Shown one piece after another: positions 56,531 to 64,000 of a stretch of 64,000 nt of DNA. A program made the translations under genes and the position numbers. Location: IMG/VR virus record IMGVR_UViG_3300023710_000192. One strand, given 5' to 3'. The stretch comes from a virus (Duplodnaviria > Heunggongvirae > Uroviricota > Caudoviricetes). The notes below the pieces were generated by a model. That model made no database searches. It was not told where the DNA came from and was given only the letters and a program-made list of their open reading frames with translations. How positions within the stretch are numbered: the stretch's first letter is position 1; each line of letters opens with the position of its first letter.

Positions 56531-56902
56531 ATGACAACACAAGAAATGGTTAATATCGCAGATCAGAACAATAAAACTTATGAGTCAGCATATGGAACAT
56601 ATAATAAAGAAAAAGGTTTTTTGTTTAATACAAATGCGATTACTATGGCAAAACACAATTTGGCATATGATTTATTTCATGACGCTACTTGGTCGATTAA
56701 AAAGGAACCGGTTAAAAAGATGACAAAGGAGCAGATTGAAAAAGCTTTAGGTTATAAGGTTGACATAGTTTTAGATGACAAGGAGAAAGAAATAGTAGAT
56801 AAATCTAAAAAACCAAGTCCTCCCAAAAATAAATCTGCGGAAAAGGGCGACGTAATAACAATTGACGAACTTATGAGATTACTTTTTGGATCGGAGGACT
56901 AG
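56531..56902 (+). CDS. hypothetical protein
   Basis: TTGACGGAGG RBS; TAATAAAAATTGAC motif 26 nt upstream. Confidence 0.45.
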   Translation: MTTQEMVNIADQNNKTYESAYGTYNKEKGFLFNTNAITMAKHNLAYDLFHDATWSIKKEPVKKMTKEQIEKALGYKVDIVLDDKEKEIVDKSKKPSPPKNKSAEKGDVITIDELMRLLFGSED

Positions 56903-56906
56903 AATA

Positions 56907-59900
56907 TTGACAAAGGTATGTAAAAGAGATGGCAGAAAGGTAGATTTCGATAAGGACAAGATTAAGATTGCTGTCTTAAAAGCCTTTGTAGATGTTGATG
57001 GCGAAGAAACACAATATGCCAAAGATAAGGCTAGGGCAATTGCTAATCATGTTGAATCTCTTAATAAGAATCTATCCGTTGAAGAAATACAAGATATTGT
57101 TGAAGAAAAATTAATGAGTAGTAATCGTAAGGATGTTGCAAGGTCTTATGTTATTTACAGAAACGATAGAAGTCGAGAACGAGAAAAACGATTACAGATA
57201 ATGAAAGATATATCTGACAAGATAAGTGGAAATAACCCACAAAATCAAAATGCCAATGTTGACGAAATGTCGTTTGGTGGAAGAACAGGAGAAGCCACAA
57301 GCGCATTAATGAAGAAATATGCATTGGATAATTGTATGTCTGAAATGGCTAGAAATAATCATCTAAATAATGAAATATATATACATGATTTAGATAGTTA
57401 TGCGGTAGGGCAACATAATTGCTTTGATTCTGAAACACAATTTATCACAAAATCCGGAGTGATGAAATTTGGTAATTTACATGAAAATCAAAAAGTTACT
57501 GTACTTGATATGAATGGAGAATGGAGAGATGCAGTAATAAAAAAATATGAAAAACAAAAAATGTATGATTTAACATTTAAAAGTGGTACAACAGAAAAAA
57601 CAGTTACATGCACACGTAATCATAGATGGGTATTATTAGACGGAGAGATAACTGATAATATTCAATTAGGAGATAAATTATTTAAAATGCCAGAGTCTAA
57701 TATTTATTTTGTTGAGAATAATTGGTTATGGTGTTTTGGGTTTGTTTTAGGAGATGGTTGTGACTTCATAATGCGTTCCAAAGATAAGAAACGAATTACA
57801 AATAGTGGAATGAAGGTTCGATTGTGTGGTGATAAGACAAAATATTTAGATAAGTTTTTAAGTTGTGGTTGGTCTATTCAAGAACATTTTGACAATGGAG
57901 ATGTAACTGTATCAACTAGAGGCAACGGATCTTATAAACAAAAATATTTAGATGGTGAAATGTGGAATATATCATCATACGATGATTTATGTAATATATT
58001 TAGAGGATACATTGCGGCAGATGGGCATATTAAAAGCAATGGTTCAATAATGGTTTCAACCGCCGATATTAGAATAAAAAAATTTATTGAAAAAGTTTCA
58101 TCTACAGTAGGTTATCACTTATGGTCATACAAAGAAAAAAATAATACTACACAATATAAAAAAGGTAGAATCTTATATGAATTTTATTTAATTAAAAAAC
58201 AAGAAAAGACGCCTTGGAAATTAATTAATATAAAAGCCAGTAGAAGTGGTAAAAACGGGTATAAAAGTACTTGGTGTGTCGAAGAGCCTATCACTCATAC
58301 ATTTACGTTACAAGGTGGAATGGTTACGGGTAATTGCTTATCTGTCCCTTTTGATAAGTTATTGTCAAATGGATTTAATACACGACAAACAGATGTAAGA
58401 CCAGCCAACTCAGTAAATACCGCATTTCAATTAGTAGCGGTTATTTTCCAGTTACAATCATTACAACAATTTGGTGGCGTGAGCGCAACACATTTAGACT
58501 GGACTATGGTGCCGTATGTGAGAAAAAGTTTTTATAAACATTTTAAAAACGGAATGAAATATATAGAAGAAGGGTTTGCAAATTGTGAATCACATAATTT
58601 AAAACCAGAAGGTATATCAATTGATGGAGATTTTTATAAGGAATTTGTTTCTTGCGATAAAGCATATCAATATGCAATGGATATGACGATTAAAGAAACT
58701 CAACAAGCAGTTGAAGGTATGTATCATAACCTAAATACACTTCAATCGAGGTCGGGAAATCAATTACCTTTCACAAGTATTAATTATGGTACTTGTACTC
58801 TTCCAGAAGGACGTATGGTGATTAAGGCGTTACTTGAAGGAAGTATAAAAGGTGTAGGTAAGTTTCATAAAACGAGTATTTTCCCTTGTGGCATCTTCCA
58901 ATGTATGAAAGGAGTAAATCGAAGTCCGGGAGATCCTAACTATGATTTATTTCAATTAGCATTAAAATCGACATCGTTGCGATTATATCCAAATTATGCA
59001 AATGTTGATTGGAGTGGCAATGCGGGATATGATAAAAATGATCCGAGAACATTTTTTAGCACTATGGGATGCAGAACGGCTAATGGATATGATATTAATG
59101 GTTTTGGTCAATTAAAAGATGGAAGAGGTAATATCTGTCCAGTAACTATAATAATGCCAACATTGGCAATGCAAGCAAAATTAGGAGAACCCGAATTTGA
59201 TGACGATACGGTTGTTGAACAGTTTATGAGAATCCTCGATGTTAAAATTCATGAAGCAAAAGATATGTTACTCGAAAGATTTGAATGGATATGTTCACAA
59301 TCCCCCGCATCAGCAAAATTTATGTATGAAAACGGAGTGATGGAGGGATATGTACCAGAAGAGGGTATTCGTTCAGCATTAAAACATGGAACGCTTGCAC
59401 TAGGGCAACTTGGACTAGCCGAAACATTACAAATACTAATTGGTTGCGATCATACAACCGACAAGGGTATGGAACTTGCAAAAAGAATTGAGCAGTTATT
59501 TAAAGACAGATGTGCTGGGTTTAAGGAAAAATATAAACTTAATTTTGGCGTGTACTTTACACCTGCCGAAAATTTAGTTTACACATCAATGAAGAAGTTC
59601 AAAGAAAAATATGGTGAAATCCCCAATATTTCTGATAAATTATTCTTCACAAATTCTATTCATTGCCCGGTATGGTATGAATGTAGTCCATTTGAGAAGA
59701 TAGATATTGAATCGCAATTAACCGGATATAGTTCTGCAGGCTGCATAACATACATAGAATTAGAGTCTAGTGTAAAAAATAATATCGAAGCACTAGAAAC
59801 GATTGTAAATTATGCAATGGATAAAGATATACCATACTTTGCAATAAATGTACCAAATGATATGTGTACAAAATGTGGTTACACCGATGAGATTGGAGAT

Positions 59901-60032
59901 GAATGCCCCATGTGTGGAAATAAAGATATTAGAAGATTAAGAAGAGTTACTGGTTATCTAACAGGAGACTATAAAACCGCATTTAATTTGGGTAAACAAC
60001 AAGAAGTTGAGATGAGAGTAAAGCACAAATAA
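56907..60032 (+). CDS. nrdD: anaerobic ribonucleoside-triphosphate reductase (class III, NrdD) interrupted by an intein
   Basis: N-terminal ATP-cone (TKVCKRDGRKVDFDKDKIKIAVLKA, compare E. coli NrdD VMKRDGCKVPF); C-terminal zinc ribbon CTKCGY...CPMCGN and glycyl-radical motif RRVTGYLTGDY; TTG start 8 nt after GGAGGA. Confidence 0.75.
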   Translation: MTKVCKRDGRKVDFDKDKIKIAVLKAFVDVDGEETQYAKDKARAIANHVESLNKNLSVEEIQDIVEEKLMSSNRKDVARSYVIYRNDRSREREKRLQIMKDISDKISGNNPQNQNANVDEMSFGGRTGEATSALMKKYALDNCMSEMARNNHLNNEIYIHDLDSYAVGQHNCFDSETQFITKSGVMKFGNLHENQKVTVLDMNGEWRDAVIKKYEKQKMYDLTFKSGTTEKTVTCTRNHRWVLLDGEITDNIQLGDKLFKMPESNIYFVENNWLWCFGFVLGDGCDFIMRSKDKKRITNSGMKVRLCGDKTKYLDKFLSCGWSIQEHFDNGDVTVSTRGNGSYKQKYLDGEMWNISSYDDLCNIFRGYIAADGHIKSNGSIMVSTADIRIKKFIEKVSSTVGYHLWSYKEKNNTTQYKKGRILYEFYLIKKQEKTPWKLINIKASRSGKNGYKSTWCVEEPITHTFTLQGGMVTGNCLSVPFDKLLSNGFNTRQTDVRPANSVNTAFQLVAVIFQLQSLQQFGGVSATHLDWTMVPYVRKSFYKHFKNGMKYIEEGFANCESHNLKPEGISIDGDFYKEFVSCDKAYQYAMDMTIKETQQAVEGMYHNLNTLQSRSGNQLPFTSINYGTCTLPEGRMVIKALLEGSIKGVGKFHKTSIFPCGIFQCMKGVNRSPGDPNYDLFQLALKSTSLRLYPNYANVDWSGNAGYDKNDPRTFFSTMGCRTANGYDINGFGQLKDGRGNICPVTIIMPTLAMQAKLGEPEFDDDTVVEQFMRILDVKIHEAKDMLLERFEWICSQSPASAKFMYENGVMEGYVPEEGIRSALKHGTLALGQLGLAETLQILIGCDHTTDKGMELAKRIEQLFKDRCAGFKEKYKLNFGVYFTPAENLVYTSMKKFKEKYGEIPNISDKLFFTNSIHCPVWYECSPFEKIDIESQLTGYSSAGCITYIELESSVKNNIEALETIVNYAMDKDIPYFAINVPNDMCTKCGYTDEIGDECPMCGNKDIRRLRRVTGYLTGDYKTAFNLGKQQEVEMRVKHK
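57420..58334 (+). other. intein with LAGLIDADG homing-endonuclease domain inside nrdD (305 aa; CFDSETQF ... GGMVTGN | C)
   Basis: starts at Cys179 after ...YAVGQHN; Hint blocks; LAGLIDADG WLWCFGFVLGDGCDF and IFRGYIAADGHIK; C-terminal HTFTLQGGMVTGN followed by a +1 Cys. Confidence 0.7.
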
Positions 60033-60120
60033 GTAACACTACTATATATGGTGGTATAACATTATATATACCACTGTATATAGTATTATTTTACCGATAA
60101 AATAGAACTTTTATTGGAGG

Positions 60121-60444
60121 GTGTGTATGGAAATAAGACAGATTATACAAGTAAAAATATATATATTGGTCTTGAATAATATGTATGGTCGTTGTGAAGA
60201 TGGAAATGTAGTTGCTATTTCTCCAGAATATGAAAATTTAATCAAATACTATAATGACAACCTATTAACCGAACCTATCAGAGATAATGAAGGATACCTT
60301 CACTCTTTTAAAGAGGGTGGTTTGTACTTTTATAATCCTTGTTATTCATTAGAAGTTGGTTCTGTAGATTCCTTTGGACACGGTATACATTTTGAATGGT
60401 GTACAGAAGATATTTTACATAGTGGTAGATATTTTGTGGTATAA
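60121..60444 (+). CDS. hypothetical protein
   Basis: TTGGAGGGTG RBS. Confidence 0.4.
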   Translation: MCMEIRQIIQVKIYILVLNNMYGRCEDGNVVAISPEYENLIKYYNDNLLTEPIRDNEGYLHSFKEGGLYFYNPCYSLEVGSVDSFGHGIHFEWCTEDILHSGRYFVV

Positions 60445-60469
60445 AATGAAACTTTGATGGAGGTGTAAT

Positions 60470-60670
60470 ATGAGTCAAATTATAGATAAACTCGTTGCCA
60501 TAGATTCAAAAAATAAAGTTGAAATAAATGGTGAGTGGTGGATTGCTAAACCATTGTATGATATTTCTTTAACAGGTAGGATTAAGGATGCTTGGAGAAT
60601 TTTAACCGGCAAATCTCAAGCTTATCATTATTTTGAAGATGTTATTAATGAAGATAAGCATAAAAAATAA
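60470..60670 (+). CDS. hypothetical small protein
   Basis: TTTGATGGAGGTG upstream. Confidence 0.4.
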   Translation: MSQIIDKLVAIDSKNKVEINGEWWIAKPLYDISLTGRIKDAWRILTGKSQAYHYFEDVINEDKHKK

Positions 60671-60696
60671 AATAAACTTTTTATTGGAGGTAAAAA

Positions 60697-60852
60697 ATGG
60701 ACAAATTTATTAAAATCGGCGAAATTACGCTTGAAATGAGTGATGACGCTAAAAAGATTGTCGAAACCCTTATCCAGCAAGGGTTTTCAGTATGCTTGGA
60801 CAAAAATTATGGGCAGTATGATTCGTATGTAATTATGCGAAAATACCAATAA
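60697..60852 (+). CDS. hypothetical small protein (51 aa, not in the ORF track)
   Basis: ATG 8 nt after TTGGAGG. Confidence 0.3.
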   Translation: MDKFIKIGEITLEMSDDAKKIVETLIQQGFSVCLDKNYGQYDSYVIMRKYQ

Positions 60853-60877
60853 AAGTACAATTTGATGAGGTGAATAT

Positions 60878-61261
60878 ATGAAGTTTGAAGATATTATAAA
60901 AACAGAAGAAGAAATCATAGCTGATGGAAATTCTATAGAGAATAATATTATTGTCGGCGGTGATATTAAGTGTATTGGTCATTTTGGAAACGCGGTTAGT
61001 TTAAATATCTGGGCCGATAATTGCAACTTATTTTATGCATATAACAATACCGATAACATTGGCTGGCAGATAAAAGCATTAGTAGAACTGTTTGACTTAA
61101 CTGATGAAGACGGATTTCTCTTAAGTAAATTCAAAAATATTCCGTGCAGAATTATTACAGAAGGCTCTGGTGGATGGGGCAGTAAGGTAATTGGATTTGG
61201 TCATTTTATGAAGGATAAATTTGTTTATAAGGAAGATTTTGCAAAGATAACAGAGCAATAA
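60878..61261 (+). CDS. hypothetical protein
   Basis: TTTGATGAGGTG upstream. Confidence 0.45.
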   Translation: MKFEDIIKTEEEIIADGNSIENNIIVGGDIKCIGHFGNAVSLNIWADNCNLFYAYNNTDNIGWQIKALVELFDLTDEDGFLLSKFKNIPCRIITEGSGGWGSKVIGFGHFMKDKFVYKEDFAKITEQ

Positions 61262-61288
61262 AAATGTAATTTGACGGAGGTAGTAGAT

Positions 61289-61486
61289 ATGAAAGAAGAA
61301 TTGTATTATTGGTTATCTCAAGATGGAACAAAAACACCTAAAGATGAACTTACAGATATTCATATTTGTCATATAGTATGTAAATATGGAAAAGATTGGT
61401 TAAACGAAAATGGACATTCTGTAATTGTGGATAGGTTTAATTCGCTTAATAAGAAGCTTGATTTTTTTAAGGAATTAAAAATATAA
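61289..61486 (+). CDS. hypothetical small protein
   Basis: ATG after TTTGACGGAGG. Confidence 0.4.
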   Translation: MKEELYYWLSQDGTKTPKDELTDIHICHIVCKYGKDWLNENGHSVIVDRFNSLNKKLDFFKELKI

Positions 61487-61540
61487 TTTGTTAGGAGGGT
61501 AATATGAGACAGATTACAAAAACAAGAAAAGGTGGTAATT

Positions 61541-61753
61541 ATGGTAATTAATTTTAAAAAAAAGGAAACTAAATTACTAGAAGAACTTGATACTGGAGAA
61601 GTATTTAAATACGAAAATAGTGTTTATATTAAAACAAATGACGATTGGGATGGTTATAGTTTTGTAGTAGTCAATTTAGCCACAGGACAAGCAGAAGACA
61701 TGTCGGATGATACAGAAGTTGAACCGGTAAATGCAGTTCTTGAAATCGAGTAA
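61541..61753 (+). CDS. hypothetical small protein
   Basis: ATG after AAGGTGG. Confidence 0.35.
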   Translation: MVINFKKKETKLLEELDTGEVFKYENSVYIKTNDDWDGYSFVVVNLATGQAEDMSDDTEVEPVNAVLEIE

Positions 61754-61765
61754 GGGGGATATATT

Positions 61766-62578
61766 ATGGCAACATACGTTATGAGTGACATTCATGGATG
61801 TCTCAATGAAGTCAAAAGAATGTTAAAATTAATCAACTTTTCAGACGAAGACAAGTTAATATTTGCTGGCGATTATGTTGATCGTGGATTACAAAATAAA
61901 GAAACTCTTGAGTGGATGACTCATGCTCCAGAAAACATAATATTCTTACGAGGTAATCATGATGAAGATTTTGCTAATGACATAAGAGCAATTGAAGCAA
62001 TAGTAAAATCTGATAGCCATATATACAATAACAACGAAGAAATTTACTATGATGTTAAATTAGGTCTATATGATTTCGATCCTTATGGAACAGTATTACG
62101 TATGTTGACTAAAGAAAATGCAAAAATATCTGACCTCATTAATTATAAAAATTGGATCAAAAAGCTTCCTTATTATTATAAGGAAACAATTAATGGGAAA
62201 AACTTCATAATTGTTCATGCGGGATATATGGAAGAAAAGGATTTTCATAGAGGATACTTTTATAAAAATATTGAACAATATTATGTTTGGGCTAGAGAAG
62301 ATGCTTATGCTGAAACTTCAGGTATTCCAAATACAACCATAATTGCTGGTCATACTCCAACAGTTATACCCGGAGAGTTTTGTTACACAGGTGGTAAGGT
62401 TTATAAACAATATAACGAAGCCAATAACTGCACACTATACGACATTGATTGTGGTTGTGTGTTTGGTGTTAGGAATTATAAAGATAGCGATGATTGTAGA
62501 CTTGCTTGTATCAGACTCGATGATGAAGAAATATTTTACATAAATCCAAAGGAGGCTGCCGATGACTACCAAATATAA
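61766..62578 (+). CDS. PPP-family Ser/Thr protein phosphatase (lambda-phosphatase / ApaH-like)
   Basis: SDIHG ... GDYVDRG ... GNHD: the GDxHG / GDxVDRG / GNHE signature triad. Confidence 0.75.
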   Translation: MATYVMSDIHGCLNEVKRMLKLINFSDEDKLIFAGDYVDRGLQNKETLEWMTHAPENIIFLRGNHDEDFANDIRAIEAIVKSDSHIYNNNEEIYYDVKLGLYDFDPYGTVLRMLTKENAKISDLINYKNWIKKLPYYYKETINGKNFIIVHAGYMEEKDFHRGYFYKNIEQYYVWAREDAYAETSGIPNTTIIAGHTPTVIPGEFCYTGGKVYKQYNEANNCTLYDIDCGCVFGVRNYKDSDDCRLACIRLDDEEIFYINPKEAADDYQI

Positions 62579-62753
62579 TATAAACGATACTGTTAGAACA
62601 AAAAAATTTACTGGTGTTATATCAATGATCACGATAACTCGAAAAGGAATACGTTATAGAGGTTTGGGCGTATACGAAGTAGAACCGGGAAATATATTAA
62701 TCAAACACCAGCATGAGTTTATGGAAGATGAAGTTTTAGAATTAATTAAGTAA
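62562..62753 (+). CDS. hypothetical small protein
   Basis: AAGGAGG RBS; overlaps the phosphatase stop. Confidence 0.4.
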   Translation: MTTKYNINDTVRTKKFTGVISMITITRKGIRYRGLGVYEVEPGNILIKHQHEFMEDEVLELIK

Positions 62754-62759
62754 AGGACG

Positions 62760-63119
62760 GTGATTATTATAACTAAGCAACAGTTAGAAGAAGATTATGT
62801 AATCGATGATTATTCAATTCAGAATCTAAAATCACTAGGATTTAGAAAACATCATTTGCTCGATTCTGATAGTTGGTCAGTGTATAGATTTCCAGTTCAT
62901 AAGCATAAGAAGATTACAACATTGGAGTGCGAATTAAAAATTGACTTAGACAACGGTGCTATACGATTAGATGTATTTAATATGAGCAACCAACCATATC
63001 CAGCCTTTTATACCCACCCAACCGGGTATAATAAAAAAATGCTTACATCTATATTTAATAAAATACTAAAAGAATATAAAAAGTTAGGAGTTGTGAAAAA
63101 AGATGAAACCGATTATTAA
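62760..63119 (+). CDS. hypothetical protein
   Basis: ORF with GGACGGTG RBS. Confidence 0.4.
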   Translation: MIIITKQQLEEDYVIDDYSIQNLKSLGFRKHHLLDSDSWSVYRFPVHKHKKITTLECELKIDLDNGAIRLDVFNMSNQPYPAFYTHPTGYNKKMLTSIFNKILKEYKKLGVVKKDETDY

Positions 63120-63477
63120 CCCTTGGATTTTTTATTTTGCTAGTGTGAGTGACATGGCAAAAATGATTGTTCTTATTGTTATGTTTGTTATGGTTTTTAT
63201 ATGTTTTGCCGCATGGCTTGGCAATACAGACGAAGAAGATACTGATTATAAAACAATTATAAAAGTTAGAAAATCATCATTGATAATATTGATATTATTA
63301 AGCTTATTTGAGATTTTTATACCAGACAGTAAGACAATATATCAAATGACCGTAGCATCATGTATAACCGAAGATAATATAAAAGCGGGAACAGAAACCA
63401 TTAAAGAAACTGTAGATTATATTGTAGACAAAATAAATGAAAGCCAAGATAACTGGAATAAAAATACCGAACAATAA
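63103..63477 (+). CDS. membrane protein
   Basis: two hydrophobic segments (MAKMIVLIVMFVMVFICFAAW, SSLIILILLSLFEIFI). Confidence 0.4.
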   Translation: MKPIINPWIFYFASVSDMAKMIVLIVMFVMVFICFAAWLGNTDEEDTDYKTIIKVRKSSLIILILLSLFEIFIPDSKTIYQMTVASCITEDNIKAGTETIKETVDYIVDKINESQDNWNKNTEQ

Positions 63478-63490
63478 GGAGATAGTGAAG

Positions 63491-64000
63491 ATGCAGAAGG
63501 ATGATTTAATATTTGCAAAAGTTAAAACAGAAGCAAAGATACCAACAAAAGATTATGGCAACGCAGGTTATGACATATATGCTTGTTTTGATGAAGATTA
63601 TATCTCCATTAAACCTCATGAAACAAAACTTATCCCAACGGGTGTCGCCGCAGCAACACACCCAAGTAAGTATATTCAAATAGAAGAACGTGGATCAACT
63701 GGTAGCAAAGGCATTAAGAAATCCGCTGGAGTTGTTGATTCCTCTTATAGAGGCGAGATTTTTGTGGCAATTACAAATACTAATAACAGGTGGTTGTTTA
63801 TTACCAAATTATCAGAAGGCGAAATGTTGGAAAAAACTTTATATAATACTGGAGATATTTTATATCCATATAATAAAGCCATTGCTCAGTTAATAGTACA
63901 CGAAGTACCAGTAATGAATGTTCAAGAAATATCATACGAGGAACTTAAAGATATACCTTCGGATAGAGGAGGCGGTAAATTAGGATCCTCCGGAAAGTAA
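63491..64000 (+). CDS. dut: dUTP diphosphatase (dUTPase), 3' end truncated by the window
   Basis: GNAGYDIYA, ERGSTGSKG and GVVDSSYRGEI correspond to dUTPase motifs 2, 3 and 4 (AGyDL, RSG, G.IDsDYRGe); no stop codon before position 64000. Confidence 0.7.
   Translation: MQKDDLIFAKVKTEAKIPTKDYGNAGYDIYACFDEDYISIKPHETKLIPTGVAAATHPSKYIQIEERGSTGSKGIKKSAGVVDSSYRGEIFVAITNTNNRWLFITKLSEGEMLEKTLYNTGDILYPYNKAIAQLIVHEVPVMNVQEISYEELKDIPSDRGGGKLGSSGK

Noticed and set aside
56886-56906. TTG at 56886 as the nrdD start (as in the ORF track)
   Set aside because: The GGAGGA RBS lies inside this extension, 8 nt before the TTG at 56907, and the ATP-cone alignment begins at that second TTG. The upstream 7 codons also overlap the preceding gene.
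132-64000. All minus-strand ORFs in the six-frame track (for example 683..892, 2291..2638, 6085..6435, 6731..7099, 18724..19035, 21515..21796, 33584..34012, 42538..43047, 55170..55505)
   Set aside because: Each is fully overlapped by a + strand gene with a good RBS and recognisable coding features. None has an upstream Shine-Dalgarno sequence, and most are AT-rich stop-free runs typical of the antisense strand of low-GC coding DNA.

Overview
This window reads as one continuous segment of a large, low-GC phage or prophage genome of a Firmicutes-type host. That host assignment rests on ubiquitous GGAGG-type ribosome-binding sites, sigmaA-like TTGACA-17-TATAAT promoters, AGA/ATA codon usage and secreted 3D-domain proteins. 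Essentially every credible gene is on the + strand, tightly packed and often translationally coupled. No capsid, tail or terminase genes are visible, so the complete genome must be larger than 64 kb.

Layout along the window:
- 1-600: an ORF-free, relatively GC-rich segment of unknown nature.
- 0.6-17 kb: about 45 very small early-type genes with no recognisable function.
- 17.7 kb: a tyrosine integrase followed by an accessory island. The island carries an XRE-family HTH protein, an EcoRI-family adenine methyltransferase interrupted by a LAGLIDADG intein, a DGQHR/ParB-fold protein and an integrase-like partner.
- 27.4-29.9 kb: a promoter-driven cluster of tRNA-like noncoding RNAs immediately upstream of a TROVE+vWA (Ro60-like) protein. 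I interpret this as a Ro60/Y-RNA-like module.
- 30-38 kb: replication genes, including a ThyX-like protein, an SSB, a DnaB-like helicase, a Cas4-like PD-(D/E)XK nuclease, a DnaG-like primase and a phosphoesterase.
- 39-43.5 kb: two secreted 3D-domain proteins (one fused to a P-loop kinase-like domain), a small adenine methyltransferase split by a G7 homopolymer frameshift, and an SPFH/band-7 protein.
- 43.87-45.5 kb: the most striking element. It is a compact IS200/IS605-like insertion carrying an IscB (OMEGA) RNA-guided nuclease and its structured omega-RNA, inserted into the phage genome.
- 45.5-64 kb: a pair of paralogous proteins, a radical-SAM protein, a third methyltransferase, a tRNA-Gln, an ASCH protein, a DnaE/PolC-type DNA polymerase III alpha subunit, a HAD-family nucleotidase, an intein-containing anaerobic ribonucleotide reductase (NrdD), a PPP-family Ser/Thr phosphatase, and a dUTPase truncated by the window end.

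A 13-mer, TAGTAAAAATTGA, recurs about 18 times at a nearly fixed distance upstream of start codons and looks like a phage-specific expression signal.

There is a local discrepancy of 1 nt between my line-based counting and the supplied ORF table around 20.18 kb. Noncoding coordinates are therefore approximate (+/-2 nt). CDS coordinates follow the ORF table, with starts adjusted to the most plausible RBS-supported start codon.
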